Below are positions 53,341 through 64,000 of a stretch of 64,000 bases of DNA, one piece after another. The stretch comes from Octopus vulgaris. Taxonomy: Eukaryota. The stretch lies in contig OX597823.1 in NCBI GenBank assembly GCA_951406725.2, positions 37,386,001 through 37,450,000 on the forward strand. Reading direction: 5' to 3'. The position numbers and the translations under genes were made by a program. A model generated the notes under the pieces. That model worked only from the letters and a program-made list of their open reading frames with translations, was not told where the DNA came from and did no database searches. Each line of letters begins with the position of its first letter. Position 1 is the first letter of the stretch.

Positions 53341-53608
53341 TAATGAAAGCTATCAGGCTGAAACTTCGAAATCACTGTCACCACTCTCCCTGTAAAAGCA
53401 TAATAATTTTGTACTCTACAAAATCATTCAGTAATTCTTCAGGTTTAATGTTAAGCTGTTTTTATTATAACTTGACATAAAAACAAATAAAAACAACTTA
53501 ACATTAAACCTGAAGAATTACTGAATGATTTCTAGAGTACAAAATTATAGTTTTTAGAGGGAGAGTTGTGACAGTGACCTTGATGTTCCGGCTTGCTAGC
53601 TTTCATTA
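53341..53608. repeat. Long imperfect palindrome (~125-bp arms, ~20-bp loop)
   Basis: taatgaaagcta...aaatcattcagtaattcttcaggtttaatgttaag / cttaacattaaacctgaagaattactgaatgattt...tagctttcatta. Confidence 0.9.
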
Positions 53609-53649
53609 AACTTTGTGTGCGTGCATGCGTGTGTGTATATATAGGACCA

Positions 53650-54330
53650 TCATCATTATTATCTAATGTCCATCCTCCATGCTGGTATGGGATGGATGGA
53701 TGGATTGACAGCATCTGACAAGTCGGAAGATTGTTTCAAACGCCAATGTCTGCTTTATCATCGTTTCTATAGCTACACTACCTTCATAAAGCCAAGCACT
53801 TTACAGAGTGTACTCAATGCTTCTTTTTCTTTCAGTTTTAATTTTCTTTTCTTTGTAACACCAGAACTAGTGAGGTTGCCATGTAATTTGCATGACTAAA
53901 GAACCTCCTTGACTGAGTGGGACTATAGTAAAGAGGGAGACAACTTTATGTTGTGTGTTGAGAAGTTAATGTATAAAACAGGAATTAAGTTTATTGCTGC
54001 AGAAGAGAAAGATAGCTACTCAAATTTTATGAGAATGGGTGGGGTTAATCAAGGTGAAGCCATCTTCCAGGGTTTCCTTCTCCCACAGACTTCATTCACA
54101 TTAAGCGATTGACACTTCATTATACAGCTTCCCTCATTCATTGCACCATTCCCTCATTCATGGCCATACTAGCACAGTCTTCTCTCTTGCACACTACATC
54201 AGCTTTTTCTTATGCCTAACTTTCCTCTCGATACATTTACACTTTGTCATACACGCACACTAACATTGCACATCAAGTGGAGCATTCTAGCTTCATTCTT
54301 CTCTAGTCCTTGCATGTCCTCTGCATTTAG
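53650..54330 (-). mobile_element. Old RTE 3' fragment
   Basis: Degenerate homology to the RTE ORF C-terminus and tail. Confidence 0.6.
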
Positions 54331-54336
54331 GATCTA

Positions 54337-55140
54337 TGTATTGACCTTGTTCCTCTTTGAGTTGTCCTTCTCTTGCTCTTCTAGTCTCACTCAGTGCAAC
54401 AATGCCAAAGTTGGACTTTTGGAAGTTCACAAGCTACAAAGGCAGTTCTTTCAGATCTTTCCAAGTTTGAATTGTCCATCAGTTTGTACATTCCATGTTC
54501 CAAACCCCATTGTTCAATATCCTGTAACTCTTCGACCACATATTCGCAAAACTCTCTAGCCTCATTTTTCCAGGCAAGTTGAACTGAAGCAGGCTATGCT
54601 TAAGACACCCTTTCTATACACCTCCCATTCTTAGGGTATGCAGAGTTGATCCTAAAGATGGTTGCACAGTCAAGAATGCTGCTACCAAACAACTTTCCTA
54701 CTTCACTTCCAAAAGTTGAGCAAGTAATTCTAAAATTCACCACTTCCATGCCAGTTTATGATGAAGAGCTTTCAGCCACCACCAAACAGCTCTCATCATC
54801 CTCACCAAAAGACTGCTTGTGCATGATGTTGTTTAATGTGTAATTGTTGCACTCCAAGAAGCACATGACCCTTCACAAAAATGCTAACTGGACCTAATGG
54901 CAAGGAAACCAAGACAATTAGAGTTGTAAAACTTGTTACAGCCTTCATTTGCTTTCACACTGTTGAGTTAGGTAACTTCATCCACTTGGTCCACCATTGA
55001 GGTCATGAGAATGAAGCGCATTTGGCTTGGCTGCTACTAATAGACCCACCTAGCATGGTTGCACAAGTCTAGTATGGCCTACTAGCAAGCAAGCCTCTAC
55101 ACCATGACATGGTAGGACCCTAGTTAGGGGTATACCTTGC
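54337..55140 (-). mobile_element. RTE-clade LINE 5' end (5' UTR plus APE endonuclease N-terminus)
   Basis: MGFGTWNVQT.MDNSNLERSE.TAFVACEL...IVALSETRRAREGQLKEEQGQY. Confidence 0.75.
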
Positions 55141-56121
55141 CAAAAAAAAACATAACATACGCAAAAAAGATGGCCAGTTTTTACTGTTGTAGTCTACACT
55201 AACTGAAGAAACAAATAGCTACTGACACATCTAGATGTCTTGGAAGGATAACTTAACGTAAATATTCACATGTTTCCTTTATATAGATATATTCAGGATA
55301 CATTCTTTCTCTTGTTATGTCAATACATAGACAATGATGAATGATGAGGTTCTATGAGACTTGTCCAACACATGTCCGTATACAAAGGCAAATGTAAAAT
55401 GATGACAGTTATGATGAGGATGGTGGCATAGTGGTGGTAGTCATGGAGATGATGAAAATGAAATACATAAACTGATAGACAGATATGCATGCAAATGCAA
55501 AAGTGTAAACACACACATACATATACTATATGGTACACACACACATATGTGTAGGTATGCTATATAGTGTATAAGTGTCACTTTCAATGACAAGCAATAT
55601 ATATTCAGGGAAATTATACATAATGTTACCTTGCCAAAAAAAAACATAACATACGCAAAAAGATGGCCAGTTTTTACTGTTGTAGTCTACACTAACTGAA
55701 GAAACAAATAGCTACTGACACATCTAGATGTCTTGGAAGGATAACTTAACGTAAATATTCACATGTTTCCTTTATATAGATATATTCAGGATACATTCTT
55801 TCTCTTGTTATGTCAATACATAGACAATGATGAATGATGAGGTTCTATGAGACTTGTCCAACACATGTCCGTATACAAAGGCAAATGTAAAATGATGACA
55901 GTTATGATGAGGATGGTGGCATAGTGGTGGTAGTCATGGAGATGATGAAAATGAAATACATAAACTGATAGACAGATATGCATGCAAATGCAAAAGTGTA
56001 AACACACACATACATATACTATATGGTACACACACACATATGTGTAGGTATGCTATATAGTGTATAAGTGTCACTTTCAATGACAAGCAATATATATTCA
56101 GGGAAATTATACATAATGTTA
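55133..56121. repeat. Near-perfect ~494-bp tandem duplication
   Basis: Copies start at 55133 and 55627; the only difference seen is one A-run length. Confidence 0.95.
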
Positions 56122-56272
56122 TGACAGAGGTTCTGAGGAATGTTAAAAGCAAGCATATCATAAACATATTCACTGCAATATACCTATAATGTACCAACAA
56201 TATACTTTCAATATACCTATAATACACCTACAATATACAACAATATGCCTATAATGCAGAACAATATACTTA

Positions 56273-57549
56273 TCAAGTCATCCCATAAGTACTGTCAGAT
56301 TTTACCTTTTTTAAAACTGAATGAAATTTAATAGTATTTTAGAATGTCTAATGGAATTAAAAATTATTTTTATGCATTTGTGTACATTTAAACTAATTAA
56401 ATATTATTTTATAGAATAAAAGAACTAAAATTTCTTTCATTAAAACCCTTTCTAACATGGAAGTATCTAAAGAGCATTTGAGGCACATAATGCTTTATGA
56501 GTACAAAAAAGGAAACTCTGCAGCCAAAGCAACTCGAAACATACACTCAGTTTATGGGAAAGAATGCTTAAGTGAAAGAACTTGCAGAAGATTGTTTGCA
56601 AAATTCAGAAGTGGAGATTTCAGCCTTGAAAATGAAGATCAAACAGGACGTCCAGTTGAGTTTGATGATAAGCTCCTTGAGGCATTACTTGAAGAAAATC
56701 TTGCATTATCAGTTGAAGAATTGGCAATAAAGCTTAGTTCAAACCATAGAACTGTTCATCGTCATCTTCAACAACTTGGAAAGGTTCCTAAACTTGGAAA
56801 ATGGATGCCTCATGAATTGTCCGAAAGCAACCGCAAATACCGAGTTGACATCTGCTCTTCTCTCCATTCTCGCAAACTCATTTCACCCTTTTCGGATAGA
56901 CTTGTGACAAAAAATGGATCTTCTATCGAAATGTTAAATGACGTAAACAGTGGCTTGGTAAAAGGGGAAAAGCTCAACCACAACCGATAAGGGAACTTCT
57001 TGGGAAAAAGGTTCTTCTCTCTATCTGGTGAGATTGCAAAGGAGTAATTCACTTTGAATTGTTACCACCTAATGCAACAATCATTGCTCAAGTCTACTGT
57101 CAGCAATTAAAGTGTTTGAACCAAGCTTTGAAGAAAAAAAGACCTGCTTTAGGGAATCGAAAAGGAGTGATGTTTCTTCAGGACAATGTGCAACCCCACA
57201 CTGCAAAGATCACATCACAGATGATCGAAGAGCTTGGTTGGGAAAAAACTCCTAATCCACCTTATTTTCCCAACCTTGCTCCTTCAGACTACCATTTGTT
57301 TCATAGTTTACAGAATCATTTGGGGGACATAACTTTTGCAAGCCAGGAGGAGGTCGAAACTGACATTTCAGAGTTCTTCGCTTTGAAACCAAAAGAGTTT
57401 TATATTGATGGGATTAAAAAGCTTGTAAATAGATGGAAGGAAGTCATAGATAATCAGGGATTATTAATTGATGATTAAATTTCAAATATAACATTTGATC
57501 GCTTGTTTTCTTTATTCAAAATTCGGACAGAACTTATGGGATGACTTGA
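56273..57549 (+). mobile_element. Full-length (~1.28 kb) mariner DD34D element with a frameshifted transposase
   Basis: TA-tcaagtcatcccataagt... and ...acttatgggatgacttga-TA TIRs; ORF pieces 56457-56990 and 57059-57478 with WMPHEL, LQDNVQPH, YFPNLAPSDYHLF, RWKEVID. Confidence 0.95.
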
Positions 57550-58487
57550 TACAATATACTTACAATATACCTATAATATACTACAATATATCAACAATAT
57601 ACCTACAATGCTGTGCCACTGATGTTAGCCATTGAAGTAAGTTCCACTCAAACAATTCAATGTAGATTAAAACAACATCCTGTTAGTTTTCACTTTAAAA
57701 GCACAACAGATGTTAACCTCTCAGCCCTAGACTAACAAAATATTTCAGCTTCGAGAAAGAAATTCAGTTTCAGCCCACCTAAATATTTTCCTTATATATA
57801 TTATATATATATATGTGTGTGTGTAAGTGTGCATGAGCCTGTGTGTGTTGTGTATGTGCACACACACATACAAGTATGTATATGTGTATATGTATACACA
57901 CATCTGGCCATAGAGCTGAATACTGTTGCTAGATTATTTTTCTTAATATATAGTGTTACTATCATAGCCACAACATTCAACTGTTTCAAGTTTCATGTCC
58001 CAGTCCTTGAACTATCCTCAGATGGAGCCAGTAGAGGGAACAGATATTTCACTTGATTATTGTTCATCAGCATAGTTAGACATAGTGTTGACTTCCAGTT
58101 ATCATGTATGTGAGTTGGCCATGTACAGACTATTGTGAAGCCAAAGGAAGAGTAAGTTTATATTTAGTCCTTCTTCAGGATGGAGAGAATGAACTTGGGC
58201 AGTGATTAAGGATCTGCCAAGCTACAGTATCACTGCCTATACAACACCTTTGATTATATATCAGAATGAACAAAATCAGCTTCAAAACATGGCACATCAA
58301 CTATAAGTCTACCTTAAACATACAGACAACAGATACAGCACAGCATTATCAAATCAGATATGACACTTGAAAGATCACAATGTTAACAGCTTTAATATTG
58401 CCTGGTCTCTGCAGCAAGCCTGCAGCATATAAATCCCTTGAGCAAATTTCTGTAACTTCTGTGATGCTGAAAAATATTTTCATCACT

Positions 58488-58920
58488 GTCATCATTTAGC
58501 ATCCATTTTCCATGCTGGCATGGGCTAAACAGTTTGACAGGAATTGGTTAAGCCAGAGAGCTGCTTTGTACATGTTACCAGCACTGGCCATAACTATGAT
58601 TTCACTTAGCTTGAACTATCTTTTTAAGCACAGCAAATGACCAAAATTCTGTCACTTGTCATCACCTCTGTGACTCAACATATGAAGATCATATTTCACT
58701 ACATCATCCCATGTCTTCCTGGGTCTACCTTTTTCATGGGTCCTTTCCACAGTTAGAGACTGGCACTTCTTTATGCCGTTGTCCTCATCCATACACATCA
58801 CATGGCCATACCAGCACAGTCTTCTTTCTTGCACACATTTGATGACCCTTATAACAAATGTTGCTCTTAAGACACTCACACTCTGTCATATGTGCATCCA
58901 AAACAGCAAACACCTTCAAC
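58488..58920 (-). mobile_element. RTE 3' fragment
   Basis: VQERRLCWYGHV..GRPRKTWDDVVK. Confidence 0.8.
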
Positions 58921-61900
58921 ACAAGGCTAGAGTTAATTTCTATATTGTTACCAATGCTAGCTAAATGCATTTAGTCTAGCATTTAGCTAGACTAAATGCA
59001 AACATCCAATAAATCTGAATTCAATAGGCCACCATGTTGCTAATAAGACAAACAACAAATTCTTGAATCATTCTAAAATTGATCAACACTGGCTGAGAGA
59101 TATATTCATTCCAGCAGCCAACCTAGTTAGAGGATTATCCAGAGATCAGGATACAAAACTCTAAGTAACAAAATGCTGTAAGCTGGAACTATAATCCTAA
59201 GGGTGTGTATCTGTGTGTATGTACATGCTTGTATGTGCATGTGTGTGTTTGAGTGTATATGTGTGTGTGTGTGTGTGCATGTGTCCGTGTTTGTGTATGT
59301 ATGTGTGTGTATGTCTGTGAATATGTGTATGTGTGCATGCTTGTGTGTGTTCGTATTTGTGTGCTATGCATAAGACAAAAAGAACTGATTTGAGATGTGA
59401 TGATAATAATGATGAGTTTAAAAGATGGAACATGATGATAATAATAATAAAAAAAAAAGAAGAAAAAGTGTCTGCCAGTAAAAAGAGCTCAGCTGGAGGA
59501 GGAGGAACACCCCCAGGTAGTCAGGTGAGGCAATCATAAAGAACCATTGTTTTTGTTGGCATCATTCCACTGTCCTGAAAGTTTTTAGGGGACCTCAACC
59601 ACATTCTTACCATACACATACACACACGCAAAACACACACACACAGCTGTAAAACCTATTAACAGAAGCTACAATATTTCCTATTTACAGAAATTCAACT
59701 AATTATTTTTATAAGAGCTGTTATTGTAATTAGCAAACACCACTTCAACAACAACATAAGTGATAACAATGACAAATTCAAGTGGATCTTGGCCCACCTT
59801 GTCTGACATATTGATGGCTGGCGATTCCATCTATGCCAAAGGTAAAACTCAAATCAACAAAGGAGCCACTATATGACAGCTGCTGACGAGCTGACCTACT
59901 AGAAATAGAAGCCAAATTTCTTTCAAAATTATACTCAACCATTTTTAAGGAAAAGGTGGGATATATTGAATAATTTGGTCCAAGTAAAACTGTTTGAAAA
60001 GGCAGGATGATCATGGCAGAAATACCTTTGACCATAAGTCTTCTCAATCATAACTGACCCAGGGCTAAACAAACAATATCAGCAACCACTTGGTTGCATA
60101 ATGCTTAATGAGTAAAAAGAGATGAAATTGTAGATTTATTAATGAAGAATCCATGTATGACTTGGAGTTATTCCATCTTCATCAAACTTATTTTTGCAAG
60201 GTTAACATCTTTTATTTCTTTAAGGAATGTTCTAGAAGGCAACTAATGCATTTAAGAAACATTAATCTTATTAAATAATATCAATAATTAAGTACAATTT
60301 ATTGTACTTCTTTTTATTCTTTTATTTCTTTTTATTTCTTTTTATTCTTTTATTTCTTCTAGTTTCATCTTCTTTCCTGATCACATATATACAGTATTAG
60401 CTCATAGAGAATTTTTATTGAAAACCCATTGCGGTAAACTATAATTTTTATGAGGTAATATATTTAAAAATCAAATAAAACACTCCTCTCACTGAATATT
60501 TATTTATCTAATCCAATAGTTTTAGAATAGAGCATCACAAGTACCTAAGTGAGATATAGATTTGACTTTGGTATCCAACCACAGAAACTAGATGACAATA
60601 CAAGCACCAATCTATAACAGTAGTGGCACCCGATAAGAAATGACTTTAACTGTGACAACCCATCCAGGCCATACATCATTAAAAGTAAACAGAAAATGAC
60701 AATCATTTAACCCTTTCATTAGTATATTTTTATTGAAATATACTGCCTTTACTTCAAGTAATAATGAAGAATTTATTAAGATAATTTGTCATTATAAAGC
60801 TGCTGTTTGGAGTATAATTAATATGAGTGTAATTAACATGAGTATAACTACCATGAAATTTAAAGGAAGATTGTATTATTTAGATTATTTAAAACAAGGT
60901 ATTTGTATCATAGAATACCTGAGTCTCTTGAAACAAAACATGTTACTCATAGTTTTGTCCCACTCATAAATATGGTTGGTAAAATGACTTAAAGCAAGTA
61001 TTTTTCTATATTTTTTCTATATTTTAAATCTTAAAACTTTCTTTAACTTTCAATGTAAAGTTCACCAATAAGTTTTTATTTAATCACCAAAATGACTCAC
61101 AATGTCAAAACAGACTAGAATCACTGCTTTAGTTAATTGTAAAAGATTAAATGCCTGCAATAATTCTAAGAGGAATGATGATGTTGCAGTTACTGCTGCT
61201 GATGATGATAATGAATATGTATAATGACTACAGATCTTTAATCAAAGATGTCCCATCTCACCTTTTTTTCTTTTCAGGTAGTGTACCCAGCAATGTAACC
61301 CCACCCTCTTATTATCACACCCCTCACCATATTCCCATACCTATCATACCCTTACCCTCACCATACACCAGATAATCCCAGTGCTGGTACTTAGTTCCAG
61401 TTTCATAACATTCAGCAGAAAAGTGACAGTAAATCTTCCCTCTCAATAGAATGTTGGTGTATCACAAACATCATTCCCAGATGATCTCATTACACCAATT
61501 CCTAAGAACTTAGTGAACTCAGTAATGGAAACTTAAATTTACATCATGTAAGTTAAATTGAACTCAAGACCAATGAGTTGATAGTTTAACTTGACTTTCA
61601 TTCAGCTGTTCTGCTTCTTACTATAGGATATAACTGTCTCTTTATCTTATCAACCACAGATGAATGAAAGTCTACTAGTAAGACTTGAACCAGAAACCAG
61701 AAGGGCACTGAATGACCAACCATAGAACATCCAGTTTCATTTTCAATTGTCAAAGACATTTTTACCATCCAGAGGCATAATACTGAAGATTTACAAGGGA
61801 AAAGAGATGAAAATAGGAGGTATTTATGCCTCTTCAAGAACATTAGCAATATGAAATTAGCATTGAATGTTGAATATAAAAGCCAGATGCTTTACCTAGT

Positions 61901-62459
61901 ATCTAATCAAGCTCAGTGCCTCCAGTATTTAAGTTCAAAACAAAGCAGAGTCACTTTGCTTTTCATCCTTCAAGTCAGACTGGCATTCATGGCTGCAGTA
62001 CCCATGAAAATTCCCTGGATATTTTATAGAAGATTGTTGAAAGTTTATAGAGTACCATGAAATAAATAATTTCTTTTGAAATTGTATTTTCTCTGAAGTG
62101 CTTCATTCTTGAGATGGTATGAAGTCCACATAGATAGTACTGAAGGTACAGTCTTAGGAGAGAACACTGCTGAAAACTATATTCATTATTAGACGCTTGT
62201 TACCTCTTCTATCTTTGAAAGTTATTGTCTATTATTTTTATGTTTACATCAAGAAATAAACACTGTTTAACTAATCTGCAATATTATTCTACTTTAGTAC
62301 AAATAATTTGGCAAAGTTTCCACAAATGTTAATACTTTGTATTCCATCCTTATTTTCATATCAGAGAGTAGTGCATATGGCTGGTCTTGAACCCACAGTC
62401 CCAGTGAAGGAGGTACTGTAAGCAGTCCTACTGAGTTGTGGATTTTAATTACTAATATA

Positions 62460-63420
62460 GCACTAGCATAACTACATTACTACAACATATGGTAGTATGT
62501 CACCACAACCTGCTAAGCCACTACAACTACTACTACTAGTAGTAGTAGTAGCAGCAGCAGCAATAGTAGTAGCAATGGTAATAATCTATGTATAACACTG
62601 GTACCATATCTACTAACACCACCAATAACCTTAACACTATCTATACCATCACTAACAATATTGTCAACATGACCTCTATAACCACCGCTACAATCACCAC
62701 CATCACCACCACCATCAATACTAGTACCATCACCACAACATGGCCACCATTGTCACCAACACCGTCACTATTATGATACCTATCACTATCACTGCTACCT
62801 CATGCTAGAAATAGCAGACAAATCTCCCTCAAATTACGCCCTAGCATCTTAGAAAAGGATACATATAATAATATGGCATTGCATCCCCACTCTGCACATA
62901 TGATGGGCTAGTCACAATGAATACCTTTGATCATTGGTCTGCTTGATCAAGGATGACCTAAGGCTAAACAGAAACAACAGCTACAACAATTAACTCCACC
63001 ACCTCTACCACCATGGGTACCCCATCACTGATACCATCACCATTCATACTATCATACTCACCACCAGCACCACAACACCAGTTGCCACCACCACTACTAC
63101 AACCACTACTACAACCATCACAACTGCTCTAGTGACATAGTAAACTGCTACCAACACCACACTAGTACTACTACTGTATGTATCATGACAAACCCACAGC
63201 CAACACCATTACTACAACTAGAACCCTCACCACTACTCTGGCAGCATAGCAAATTCCCACCAACACCACAATTACCATTACTGTCTGTCTGTATGGTATT
63301 CATACCAGTACCACCCACCGACACCACTGTCACTCCTTCAATCTCCACCACCATCACCACAGCCAGGATCACGCAACCATTACAAAAAAAATACACCCCA
63401 GTCACCAAAGATAGCACAAC
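62460..63420. repeat. Degenerate (CAC/TAC)n trinucleotide low-complexity region with an embedded SINE-like piece (62800-62975)
   Basis: Seen directly; gctagaaatagcag..aaatctccctcaaatta motif also occurs at ~43500, 43760 and 59890. Confidence 0.7.
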
Positions 63421-63564
63421 TAGAACAGACAGCAGCTTCCCCAGTTATCAACAGAAATTATTTCAATGTACAACTGACAATATATGTGTGCAAATTAATA
63501 TATATGTATGTGTGTGTGTGTGTGTACACACACATAAATATATGTGTGTGTGTGTGTATGTGTG

Positions 63565-64000
63565 TGTGTCAAAAGTCTTGTTACATTCTAAGAACTCTTA
63601 TATCATGAACTACAAATAGTAGCATGATTGAGCTGGTACAATTGAAAAGCTAAAAGTGTCAAGCTTTCTTCTGTTAATTTAATTTTAATTAAATCTAATT
63701 TAATTTTGTTTTTTTGTCTCTTTTCAGATCCAGTAATGTCATTCACAAAACAAGAGAAGTTGTTTCGCATCCTAGAAAACGCTGAAACTGAATCATGGAC
63801 ATGAGTCCAACGCAAATTTCACACAACATTTACCAAGTAGGCACCAGACAGAGGTTCCATCTTGAAATGGCATGTAAAATTTAAGGGGGAGAGTTGTTTG
63901 TGCCTAGCAAAGAGAACAGGACACTCCTGTGCAAAATTCATGGTGAATAGGTTTATCAGTGTCCTTCAAATGTTGAACCAGTTGCAGCTTGTGTGGTGTG
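63565..64000 (+). mobile_element. Tc1/mariner superfamily (rosa/DD41D-like) 5' remnant
   Basis: From 63735: MSFTKQEKLFRILENAETESWT*VQRKFHTTF..APDRGSILKWHVKF, resembling the DUF4817-type HTH of these transposases. Confidence 0.6.

Noticed and set aside
63185-63619. Thr/Pro-rich 144-aa ORF
   Set aside because: It arises from degenerate (CAC/TAC)n low-complexity DNA running into a (TG)n microsatellite.

Overview
Eukaryotic, AT-rich, repeat-dominated DNA with no complete protein-coding gene. The SINE and RTE families and the dense (TA)n/(CA)n/(TACA)n microsatellites resemble those of Octopus genomes; this is an inference, not a database result. The window holds decayed transposable elements: three Naiad-type Penelope-like retroelements (PLEs), RTE, Tx1/L1 and R4/Dong LINEs, three mariner copies, maT/Tc1/rosa-like, Merlin, piggyBac-type and Tigger-type remnants, a Helitron end, and many tRNA-SINEs. 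Most listed ORFs are microsatellite or antisense artefacts. The most unusual system is a PLE family (copies at 1.35-2.8 kb and 4.3-6.55 kb). Its GIY-YIG endonuclease has a ~150-residue Ser/Asn/Asp/Thr-rich insertion between the GIY and YIG motifs. Its 3' end carries a long-stem-II hammerhead ribozyme that is damaged in a different way in each copy. One copy shows a twin-priming-like 5' inversion. A sharp drop in CpG at about 16-18 kb, together with a candidate minus-strand terminal exon at 23.6-23.8 kb, suggests that the right three quarters of the window lie within a methylated gene body.
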